DNA of 64,000 nt from Antedon mediterranea. Its lineage: Eukaryota > Animalia > Echinodermata. Position 1 is the stretch's first letter. Every line of letters starts with the position of its first letter. Below the pieces are notes generated by a model. That model had not been told where the DNA came from, did not search any database, and saw only the letters and a list, made by a program, of their open reading frames with translations. Positions 11,708-23,396 of this stretch are shown here, one piece after another. The translations under genes and the position numbers were made by a program. Location: positions 24,663,175 through 24,727,174 of the forward strand of contig NC_092677.1 in NCBI RefSeq assembly GCF_964355755.1. The letters are read 5' to 3'.

Positions 11708-14700
11708 ATGGAGGATAGATTTACAGACTTTCTTCAAGAATTCAGTGATGCCTATCCTGGGGAAGATGTAAAGGAGTTAAGATTACTTCTACATGATGAC
11801 CTACCGATTAGTGCACTGTCTAAGAAACACAACTTGGGAATGGATTTATTTACTGAACTCAAGAAGAAAGGCATTATCGCATACCATGATGTTAACATTA
11901 TGTCAGAAATTGCAGAATTGACAGAAAATACTGCTGCAAAAGCCAGTGTAATGACATACAAACAAGACGTTGTTGAATATTATGATGGTTTCGGTCCATA
12001 TCGGGCAAGTTTGAAGGAAAGGCGTAAACAACTTTATAAAGCTATGTGTAGTATAACAGAAAATAAGGGTGGCGATTTTCACAAATTAATTACGTTCTAC
12101 GGACTGCGTTCATACGGATTTACAAATAAATGGGATTTAGTATTTTATCTGGAGAGAGAACTCAGATTAGATACACAGATGAAGTTGAAGAGATTTACCA
12201 ATCAGTTGAATGAAGGTGGAAAAACGATATTACTTAGTACGTATTCAAACCATTGTATTGTTGGAGGTAAAGGAACAACTACTATACTGCAAGGTTGGTT
12301 TTATATAATATATTTACTAACAATTAACAAGGTCTACGTGTAGTAGTAAATGCATTTCTTCTTTTTTTTCATTATTTAGAAACATCAATGTCAAACCGAA
12401 TCTATAACAATAAACCAATTTATACTTGTAAGTATGACATTAGTAAAGTGTTGTAAGATATTATTTGTAAAATGTTTATTATTATGATACAACTCTTTGA
12501 ATTGTATAGATGAGGTGGTCAATTTTATTTCTTTATAACACGAATAACTTTCTTTTTATTATTGAACATTATTTAACGGTAACCCCAAACAGAGTTGGCT
12601 GCATAAGGCCCAATAATAAAAATATCAGTTATTATTATGATGCAATTAAAAATTGTTATTAATATTTAAAAATTCCTTTTGTTTCTTTATAGCTCTGATT
12701 GTTGCTTTTATCGTTCTTTTATTAAGTATCGGAATCTCAATAAAATACTATGGTTTTGACCACAAATTGACAGAGAGCAAGTATATATCAATTGAATTTG
12801 TTATAGTATAGAAATAATACCTACGGCGTACTACATGTCATGAATATCTTGTGTATGGTTTTAAAAGAGAAGATTGGGCGTCATTGAAATCAAAAAATAT
12901 ATATTCTATTTAACATGATTGCACAACAGATGGCCAAACAATTTTGAATTATTATTAATTTCAGATGAAATTATTAGAAACTTTCTGATAGAAGAACAGA
13001 AATTCCAATTTAGAAAACCAAACAAACCACCGCCGACGTGGCAACACAATTATTACATTTCACAGATGTTTACCGATCCAGTGTTATATATTAAGCATAA
13101 ACACATGAAAGAGGGAACACAAATACCATTAAAAGAACTTTTAGGTGTTGTCAAATCCATGGACTCATGTAAAGTATGCATGGCGGGAACTGGAGGAATT
13201 GGTAAGACCACTTTACTTCAGTATATATCTTACAACTGGGCAGCGAATTCAGATTCCACTTTTGCTGGTAAAATATTATTTCTTATAAATGTAAGAGATA
13301 TCAAGGCAGGTCAAACAATTACAGATGTGATTGTAGAGCAAGTTAAACTTGGTATTTTTAGTAAAAATACAAGACGTCCGAAAAGTAAAACAATTATAGA
13401 AACGTTTATAGAGAGACATGACAAAGAATTAGTTGTGCTGTTGGATGGATTAGATGAGTTAGAATATGGTGTTGTGGGCCCAAAATGGGTATTAGAAGGC
13501 AACGAACTGAGGGAAAGCACAGTTATTATGACATCACGACCCAGTTTTGCTGTAGACTTACTTAATCATTGCGATTTAGATGTTAACATAAAAAGGTTTT
13601 CTGAAAATAATATCAAGGCTTATATTCAAAAATATTTTATACTTGTTGAAAACCCTGCGCTTGGCGATTCATTGAGTGAAGAATTCAAACTTGATTCGAA
13701 ATATGCAACTGATTGGGGTGGTGATTATAAAATAATATTTGAACTGTTGCACTCCCCTTTTTTGTTACTTAATATGTGTACTATATGGCAACATGAAGAG
13801 AGAATCCCTAACAATTTTCACAACTTGTTTACTGAAATTTTTCGCTGCATTTTAAATCAGCACCTTAACAGAAATAGTACTTCAAAAGTAATACCAACGT
13901 TTAGCGACTTTCCGGAAGAATTTACCAATTTCATTTTAATATTAAGACATATTAGTTACAAAAAATTACAACAAAATTTACTTCATTTCACTAAATTGGA
14001 TTTAAGAAAACTAGTAAAAAATGTAACTTTAGTTGACTTATCACTTAAATTAGGTTTTGTTTACAAAGACAATCCACCTGTTGTTCAAAACTCATTCTCG
14101 GAGACTTACCGATATCCACATAAGTTACTAGCAGAGGCCCTAGCGGGGTTTTATTTGTGTTACAAGAGTCAATTTGAGACATTAGATTTTCAGGAAAGTG
14201 AAAACATAAGAACTAACGCGTATCTACATATGACAAGAGTGTTTACAATTAGTTTTCTAGGTTCCAATGCTGACACAATTATGAAACACTGGTTAGTGAA
14301 CAATGCTTCAAATTATTATTCCTTTTCGAGATATATGTAAACCAAGCACACGAAGAAAGAGTATTGAAATCACTGGATAAACACCTATCCAAAGAAATGA
14401 AAATGCACGTTGACATCTTAAATCATTCTTTTAAAACGTTTTATAGAAATAAACATTTACATTTAATACAGCTTTTGAAAATGTTGTATGACGAACTTAC
14501 AGGTAATATAGAGAAAGTGTTACACAAAGTCAGCATATTTATAAATAAATCAAATAAGAAATCATCTTGCAAGGTTGTAGCGCACGTCTCAATAATATTG
14601 CAACTGTACAAGTCTGAAATTCCTAATATTAATAGACGTGGACGCGATTCCTATTTATTGGCACTTGCTAATAAATGGGGTGATACAGCTATTGACTTTC

Positions 14701-16286
14701 TTTCAAACGAATGGTCTCGATATTATTTAAATGAACAAATAAAATCACTTGATTTATCTAATGATTATTGGGACAATGATTTAGAAAATAACTCTGAATT
14801 TATGTATGAGTTTAATATAATTAGGCGTAATGGATATTTGTTGTGCCGGCTTTTTCAAATTGTTCCTAACCTTGAATTTCTCTATATGCAGCGCGGTAGC
14901 ATTAGTCATAGAGGTAAAGTTATCAACGAAATGATAACCGAATGTAAAAACAATACAATATTTTCCAGATTAAAGGAAATCTATTTAAGACACAACGATC
15001 TGACAGATATAAATGAAGAAACATTAGGTAATTTATTTAATACTTCTAACAATTTAGAACTTGTTAGCTTATATAATTGTAAATTAAATACACAAACAAA
15101 ACGTATGTTGACAAATGATGTACAATATTTAAAATCCAAAAATATTACAATTGGATTAGGTAATAAATACCTTTCATATATGGAGAAATATTCACTTGAG
15201 AAGTTTATAGACTTGATAAAAATTTATTATTTAACTTGGCATGATTATGGTCTATCAGCAAAACACTTACAGGCTCTTCTAATTTCACCTATGGAATACA
15301 GATTTAGATATAATACTCTTATTTTGGATCATGTAGACTTCTCATCAATTAATGGAAGTATACTATCTAAACTTTTTGTTATATTTCCAATTTTAGAACA
15401 CCTTTCTATGCATAATTGCAATTTAGTAGGTACCACTATTACTGATATGCTAAATACATGTAGAGAAATGAATATTGAACTGAAAGAACATTCAATATCA
15501 CTTATGAAAAATAACCTTTCTAGTATTAATGTTGAATCGTTATTGTTGTGAGAAACATGAATTACCACTATAGACCTATAGAAAAGATAGAATGGAGGCA
15601 GTATGGTTTAACCGTTGAAAATCTTAAAGATATATTAAAACAACCTAACATGATCTTATCCAAGTGGCAATATGTCGATTTAACGAATATAGATCTCTCA
15701 TCAATTAATGGAAGTATACTAGCTAACATTTTCGTTATATTTCCTAATTTAGAACGTATTAACATGGACAATTGCAATTTAGTAGGTACCACTATTACTG
15801 ATATGCTAAATACATGTCGAGAAAGGAATATTGAACTGGAGGAAAATTCTATATCACTAATGAATAATAACCTTTCTAATATTAATGGTGAATCACTACT
15901 TAAAATAGTGTATGTTATGAGAAACGATAAATACATTAGAGTGGAGGGATTATGGTTTAACCGGTGAAAATCTTGAAGATATATTACAACGACCTAATAA
16001 CAATGAATTTAGGTGGGAATATGTTGATCTAACGAATATAGATCTATCTTCAATTAGTGGTTTTACATTAGCGAAAATATTTGATTTTTTTCCAAAATTG
16101 CGTTCTATAACAATGAACATATCAGAAGATATTCATAAAGATATATTCGAAGCAAAAGCTGAAGATTTAGAACACATTGAAATTGACTTACATCCCACCG
16201 AGGGAAAGGAAGATATTTGGTGCATTCAACGCGAGATTGAGTTTAGAGACTATAGAAAAAGGCAAAAATTAAGTAGTTTTGATTAA
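11708..16286 (+). pseudogene. NLR-family gene (tandem death-effector-like domains - NACHT - LRR), three frameshifts
   Basis: Exon from acceptor 11700 encodes DED-like EDVKELRLLL...MDLFTELKKKGII. Probable small exons at 12380-12427 and 12693-12752. The large exon from 12965 has Walker A GTGGIGKTT and Walker B LVVLLDGLDE, then LRRs. Frames break at ~14335 (extra AT in ATATAT), ~15545 and ~15935. Final stop at 16284-16286. Confidence 0.85.
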
Positions 16287-19200
16287 AATCATACAAATAA
16301 TGATATAATGTGTATGTCTATGATGGAAACAAATTACCACACAGTCCGTAAATGCTACGTATTACCAAAAATATGGATTGTTTTTTTTATTTAATGATAT
16401 AATCATAATTCATTTACGTTTTGTTGTATATGGAGACAAATCTAAAATAAATAAGTTAAATGATTATAAATAGAGTTATACTTTTTATAATATATGTGCA
16501 GACTTCTTTAAACAGTTGGTTATTTTATGTACTGTATTCATTAGTATTTGTAATAGGCAACTTTGTCAATCATACAATATTACAGAATGATGTATTATTA
16601 TAAAAGCATTTTATTTACTACATCTTTCATTTGTTTAAACATCGTATTGTACATTGTAAGTATAAAAATATATAATAATAATAATATAATATGTATATAT
16701 ATAGGCCTGTTTAAAAAAACAAATAACCAATTAAGATAAGATACTGTATAAGTCTACCTGGAACTTCTGTTTTTATGAAATCATTATTTGAAATTGTGTC
16801 TCAGTTATGTGTCTTTTGTAAATAGTTTTGAATATTAGTAAATGATAACATTTTGTAAATAGTTTAAGTTAAAACGGCTTTACTAGCTACAATATGGTGT
16901 TGTATCCGCTTCAAAATACGTTAAACGTGTTACTATTACTTTCTTCCAAGATTACATACGTAATAGAGTAATCTATATATAAATTAGTATAATTATACGT
17001 GATTGCTTTATAAATATTTAAAAAATAATAAACCAAATGCATACCGATAGAAATGCTTTGACCATGATGCACTTGTGCATAGAAAAACCGACTGAACGGC
17101 GTATGATGTTATATTTAGGTGTTTGTAGTTATTAAAGTATGAATGAAGTTTAACTAATTAAAGTCAAGTTGTCGTTATTGTTTAATTAGGAGATGGAAAA
17201 AACAATTAAGAAAGTTTAACAACATGCTGAACTCGACTTTTAACAATCTTTTGATCTTATGATTGTCTTCTACGCATTCATACTTTTCTGTCACAGATAA
17301 TTCAAGACTCAATGTGTTACATGTACATCTATTGAAAGGACAGGCACAACTGGATATGAGACTATTTCCTCCTTTGGTATGGAAAGTGTTCTTAATCTAG
17401 GCACTTAATAAATTGTTTCAAAAAATTCAAAATACCAACCCTTTACATGGCATACCTCAAAATCATAGTGCTGATGATAGCCAGGTATCTAGATTGGATA
17501 TTTTTTGCACAGAAAAAGTGCAAGGCAGACACATATAGGAAGGTTGTAGTTAAAAATAATTAAAAATGGTATAAAATGTTTAACAATGAGAACATGCTTT
17601 GAAGTTTTAGTTTAAGTTTAGTTTAAGTTGTTTTAAAATTATGTTTAAATGTGACGTAGGGCCCCTCGGAAGAGCAGTTTTTATATTATTACTGAGAGGG
17701 CAACCCTACTGAAAGAAAACGAAACAACTAAAAAAAAATATGGGGCTAAAAACTAATGCTCCAACCCATTCTTCCAATGAATCTGGGGAAAATAGAAAAT
17801 GGAGATGAAACCCATAAAATCTTGCCAAGAACGTAAATGTTGAATCGGTAACTTTAGTTGCACTGAATAACAAACTCAACTCATACAAGTATTTTTTTTT
17901 TTGTTAAAAGGCATTTTTTAAGATCGAATAATTCCTTAATCCATGGTCACTCTAATCTAAGCCTGGACCACCGGTACTGTTTTCTTTATACAAAATGTTA
18001 TCAACTACATGCCAACATCATAATAAATGTTGTTTGGATTTTTAGTTGTTCATTTCATGCAATTTATTTAGCCGAATAAATAGTTCGCCTCATCAACCGG
18101 GCGCTACCGGTCGTGTCGTTTACGCGTTTTTTTCACAAAGAATAGTTTAATAGTATTTCTATATTTAACCTGTTTCTGGTAAAAAAATGAATATTATATC
18201 CTATCAATAACATGTGTTTTATATTAATTTATATCATAAAAACGTTAATAAATGTTATCGCAAATAATAGGACATTCTGAGTAACTAGCTCTTGGTTGTT
18301 TTTGTTGTTGCTGTTCGGCCTTTCTTTGTGAACTAATTTAGCATGGTGGTAAATAATTTTCTGTGAAGTGAATGTACACTAGTTTTATAAAATGTTTTCA
18401 TTGCAAAATATATTATCATAATTCTATTTAATGTGACATGGATCTATTAAATCAAGTCTTCTTTAGTCTGTATACATCTGCCCTTATGAGGGCGGGCATC
18501 ACTTTCTGTTACAAATTTCTAATGCAAAAATCGTGGATTACTCATTCTTGTGATATTATATCTTTGGTAGTACAGTACAGACGTGACAATCTTGGATACA
18601 GATAGTTTTCGAAACTAGCGCCAACATTACGCCCTCAAGTTATATTTATCACGTTTCTTTTTCCAGTTTTGTAGGTATAAATCGGATATTGAATGTTTTT
18701 AAATGGATTTATAAAGTATAGACACAGAATGTGAATAAAGAAATTAATTTACCACTTTTCTGTAATCTGTGGGTATCGTTGGATAGCTTTTTATATTTTG
18801 AATACAGTTTAACAATATCTGTCCAATTTCATTAGTACTTTGTCATAATTGTTCAATTATATTACATTTCATTGTACTGTGTATCGTATTTATGTAGTAA
18901 ATTAGGTATAAAAAATGTTGTATCCTTCAGTAAACTTCCAAACTGGACAGACCGCACCCAACCTAATAATCATAGGGTGTTATTGGAAAATGTACAGTTG
19001 GCCTGTTTTATGAACATACCATAGTCTACTGCATTACACTTACAGGACACTCACAACATGCAACGTTATTATTTGCAATCAAAACTATATGTCAATGAAA
19101 AGATGACACATAAATGTTTGTCAAATCTCTATTGTATCGTTACAGCAAATGAAATTCTGAATTTGTTTCAACAACTTACGTATAGTAGTAATCTTTTCCT

Positions 19201-21721
19201 CTTTTTAAAATAAATTAAAATACCGTAAAACCTCAACAAAGAAGCCTTACCTCCTGGGATTAATTCAAATTAAGAAGCACATCTCGAAAAGAAGCCCTCC
19301 TCGAAATCAAGACCACTGGGCTTCTTTTCAAGACAACAGTTTGATTTAATGCCAGATATAATATAATGTATGATCGAGTTTACAGTTTAAACGCGAAACA
19401 CCTGTGTCGAACCATGAAGAAATAACTAAAGCTCTGAAGTGAGCAGCAATTTAAAAAACATAATTTAATTGATTGATTCACGTTATGTGTATCAATAACT
19501 AATTTGGATTTTAAAATTGGTTATTACAATAGCCACAGTCAAGGCAGAAACCATGTTTGAAAATAGGCACCACTCATGGAGTACGTAGAGAAGCGGTAAG
19601 GGAAAATATATCAAGCAGTTAACCGCACAACGAAAACCGGGTAAATGCTGATATTTATCATTGTTATGCAATCGTACGAGTGTCACAGATCTATGGTAGA
19701 ATTCTGTATGACTCTTATAGCACAATTTATTCGAGATATATTTCTGTGAGATTTTTCTCTACATAGGTGGTTAAATGCTCTATATATCACAAACTACAGT
19801 AAAGGAGAGGACTAAAACAAAACTATATAAACCACCATTTTTTGGAAGCCTATTTAGGTAAAGTAGGCATATAATATAGTTATGTAGGCCTAAATGTTTT
19901 TAAAAATTGTTTTATTAATAGATTAAGTCAAACTCTTTTACTTTAAGAAACCCTGAGTTAGATATTTTTAGTAATAATCTCCGTAAGTTTCGTAACATTG
20001 TTAGTAGTTCAGTTTAATATTTTTTATTATGTTTGTCTGTGTTCCCTCCTGTAAGTGGTGAATCATGAGTTCACTGTTGGTTGGGAAATGAAATAAATAA
20101 ATGGGGTTTGAATATAATAAAATGGGGAGACTAACAATTATCGTACGAAGCACAACGTATGTAAGGCAACAACTCAGGAATGGTTTATATATTAAAAGTG
20201 TAGTGTAGAGTGACTGTATACAGAGAAATAGTAGGAGATCTGCTGAATTTCAGGTCAAGTGTTGCTGTAGAAATACAATACAACGAAATAGGATTAGTAT
20301 AGGCTCACTGGTTAGATTCCAAATAAAGGCACAGGTAAGTTTTTAAACTTAACATTTTCATACGAAGTTGATATGAGTTTAATAGTTAAGCTGTTTAAAT
20401 ATGTATTGATAATTAAACCGTATACAAAGTTTAATCTTTAGATCTATAAAATAATGTTTATTACGTGCAATGAATCATTATCAAATGCTTATAAATAATA
20501 TGTAGATACAAAAAATATACTGTGTACATAAACCACGTCATAATGCGAAATGCATTGTGGGTTCCATTGCGGATCGGTGGTTAAAGACTATCCTGAGGGC
20601 GTGTCCCTCCAAATATTACTATTGAGGGATTTTATCCAGGAATTAAATCCGATCTTTCAGGAAAATTTATTATTATACACGGTCTTGAATTATCAATGCA
20701 CGTTGTGAGCCGACTGTTTGTGAACAAAAAAATAGCAGATGACAAAGCTAAAACACAAATTTAATATAGGCCTACTTATACAGTAACGAATACGAATAGT
20801 TTTATTGTACTGTAGCTTAGACCTAAGTTGATTTTGACCTTGTAACAATAATAATACACATTGGGATTTTCAGAAACTCTTCTAAAATTAAAAAAAAATA
20901 GATCATATACAATTTCATAATTATGCATAACAATGTTACAGAAATGTGACTCTGATAGGCCCACATGATCTTTTTTAACAGTGACTATTTAGGACGATGG
21001 CAAGAGGCAAGAAAAAGAAACGTAAAAGGTAAGAATAATAACTTAACATTCATTCAACCAGCAATAGAGCATTTTGTTACTACTACTGTATACCTCAGTA
21101 TGCAAGCAATCGTGCGAAATTAATCTCATTTCTTTTATTCATAACTTTCTTCATCTGGTCTTATGATAAAAGTTTATTAGTGGACTGGAGAGAACATTTT
21201 ATGAGTTGACACATTTACTGGCAGAGAAGGCAATTAATTTTTTTCCAAATAGAAAACATTTATTATTTTGTTTTATAACAATCTACTTTTGTAGATTAAA
21301 TTAACATTCTTAAATAATTATTCGCTCAACGATTAAAAAAAAATACTGTCATTTTACTAGTCAAAGGATCTTAAGAACCATCAGTTCACATACTAAAAAA
21401 AAAAGGAAAATGACAGATCACTTTAATGTTGAGAATCGGCTTCTTATGTTACTGCTCTAATTGTAATACGCAAAGATATGTAAGCGCTAACTCAATTATC
21501 TTAGCCAAGGATTTTTCTTTAACGTATAATTTTTAATTTTTAAGTGAAATTTTTATTTTTGATTCCGATCTTCTTTCGAATTGTGAAAATGCTTTATTGT
21601 TTTATTATGTACAACAATTCTGGAAGATTTGATTGATGTTTCTGTTAGTTTCTTTGTTGTTTTAAAATGTTGTATTTGTTATCGGCGCCTTGAAGCTAAG
21701 GTGATTGTGAGACGCCTTTTA

Positions 21722-22691
21722 GGCCCTGTTTCTGCTGCCAACTAAATACCGTATATTATACGGTATTTTTTGAATACCGTATATATACGGTATATTTTTG
21801 GCAGCAGAAACTGCGCTCATAAAAAATATACCGTATTTTGTATACCGTATTTTCCCCACAAAATTTGTGGATAAAATACGGTATTTACAAATTTATACCG
21901 TATTTTGCGTACCCGTTTCTGCTGCCAATAAAAAATACCGTATTTTTTTTTTACATGACAAAAGGTCAACATTCGTATTTTTATTTTCTGTCGCTGTCAG
22001 CTGCTTTACACACGTGTATAGATATATTCGGCGAAAATGTGGAGTGAAGACGTCACAGTTTTACTAAATAAATGTGTGTGGGGAAGTTAAAATGTCTGGC
22101 CAACTAAAAGGTAATAAAAGGGACAACCACATTTATAAAGACATTTCTAAAAAAATAAAGCAGGAGTATGGAATAGACTGGTCTCCAAAGCAAGTAAACT
22201 CAAAGCTGAAGAGCCTGCGAAAGCAGTACAACATTGCAAAATACAATAACTCGGGGAGGGAACGAATTAATTGTCCCCATTACGATGTTTTCTGTGCTCT
22301 CACAACATCTCATCATCATTTTTAATAGTTTTACATTTTTAACAGTATTTTTAACTTTTTATCTTGTATTTTTAATCTGTTATAATACTGCACGTTTTTA
22401 AATTGTTGCAATATTGTTGTTTTAATCTACCAAGCAAAGTGAATTTCCATTTTTATGGACAAATAAAATTTCTTGAATCTTTAATCTTGAATCTCTATCA
22501 CTAGGACTAGGCTGTTGAAAGTGAGACGTAAAACTTCCTTTATTGTGACTTTTAATTATCGATCAAATAAATGAATGGCAATTTGGGTAAAAAAAGATGA
22601 AATTTAACACGACCACCCAAGAAGTATTGGTTAGCAGAAACGGGGTAATAAAAAATACCGTAATTTAAGCAGTTGCAGCAGAAACAGGCCC
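21722..22691 (+). mobile_element. PIF/Harbinger-derived non-autonomous element with Myb/SANT (trihelix-like) ORF remnant
   Basis: TIR GGCCCTGTTTCTGCTGC / GCAGCAGAAACAGGCCC, flanks TTA/CTA. ORF 22074..22325 (IYKDISKKI...WSPKQVNSKLKSLRKQY) resembles the Harbinger Myb-like DNA-binding protein. Confidence 0.8.
22322..22494 (+). mobile_element. Retroposon 3' end with (TCTTGAA)n tail; second copy at 34508-34640 (minus strand)
   Basis: ataatactgcacgttttt...gcaaagtgaatttccatttt...aataaaatttcttgaatc matches the reverse complement of 34508-34626. Confidence 0.75.
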
Positions 22692-23180
22692 CTAGTCTAT
22701 TGGAGAAGCTAGACTAGCATACCTAGTATAAGCCTGGCCTAAAACCTACTACTGCACTAGCCTAGGCCTAGGCCTAGCCTACTGTAGTAGGCCCTAGTAA
22801 ATAGGCCTAAGTAGCCTAACTTAACTAAACTAGGCCAAGGCTACCGTTATGTACTACAGTATTAATAACGTAATTTGACGATTTAGTCTGAATAATAATC
22901 AATACGTATTATTTATTAATTATTGATCTTTTTACTTACATGTAAAAAGCTATGGATTTCGGGAATATTTATCACTTTAATAAAGATCTTTCTGATATTA
23001 AACTTTTTTTTCACCTTCTTCAAAAATCGCGCTGAGCTTTACGCCCTCAATACGTCGTCTACCCGTGAAAATCACGTGGTTTCGGTCATCAATTTCATGA
23101 TATGTATCGCGCATCGCCACGCCCACTTTTTCCTGATATAATATGAATACAAAATATGAGCAGTTTGTAAATAAAGTGTA

Positions 23181-23191
23181 GGGAAAGTCCC
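23181..23191. promoter_or_regulatory. Canonical NF-kB site GGGAAAGTCCC (= GGGACTTTCCC on the minus strand)
   Basis: Perfect kB consensus ~205 bp upstream of the LBP/BPI ATG. Confidence 0.6.
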
Positions 23192-23396
23192 TAATTTTTA
23201 CGTCGTAATGCAGTAAAACATCAACATCGGTTTTTATTCAGTCAAGCTCAATAAGGAAATGTGAACGGGTTCGTCTGAAAAAACACATACATACAGATCA
23301 GAAGGAAAGAGGGAGTAAGTAGATAGGCTAGCTATCTAAGCCACTGCACCATTTTAATTAGTCACTGTCACAACAAGCCTCAATCGCTGGGCGGAA

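Noticed and set aside
3024-15936. Antisense ORFs (3024+, 11752-, 13311-, 15329-, 15568-)
   Set aside because: Shadows of real coding sequence on the opposite strand.
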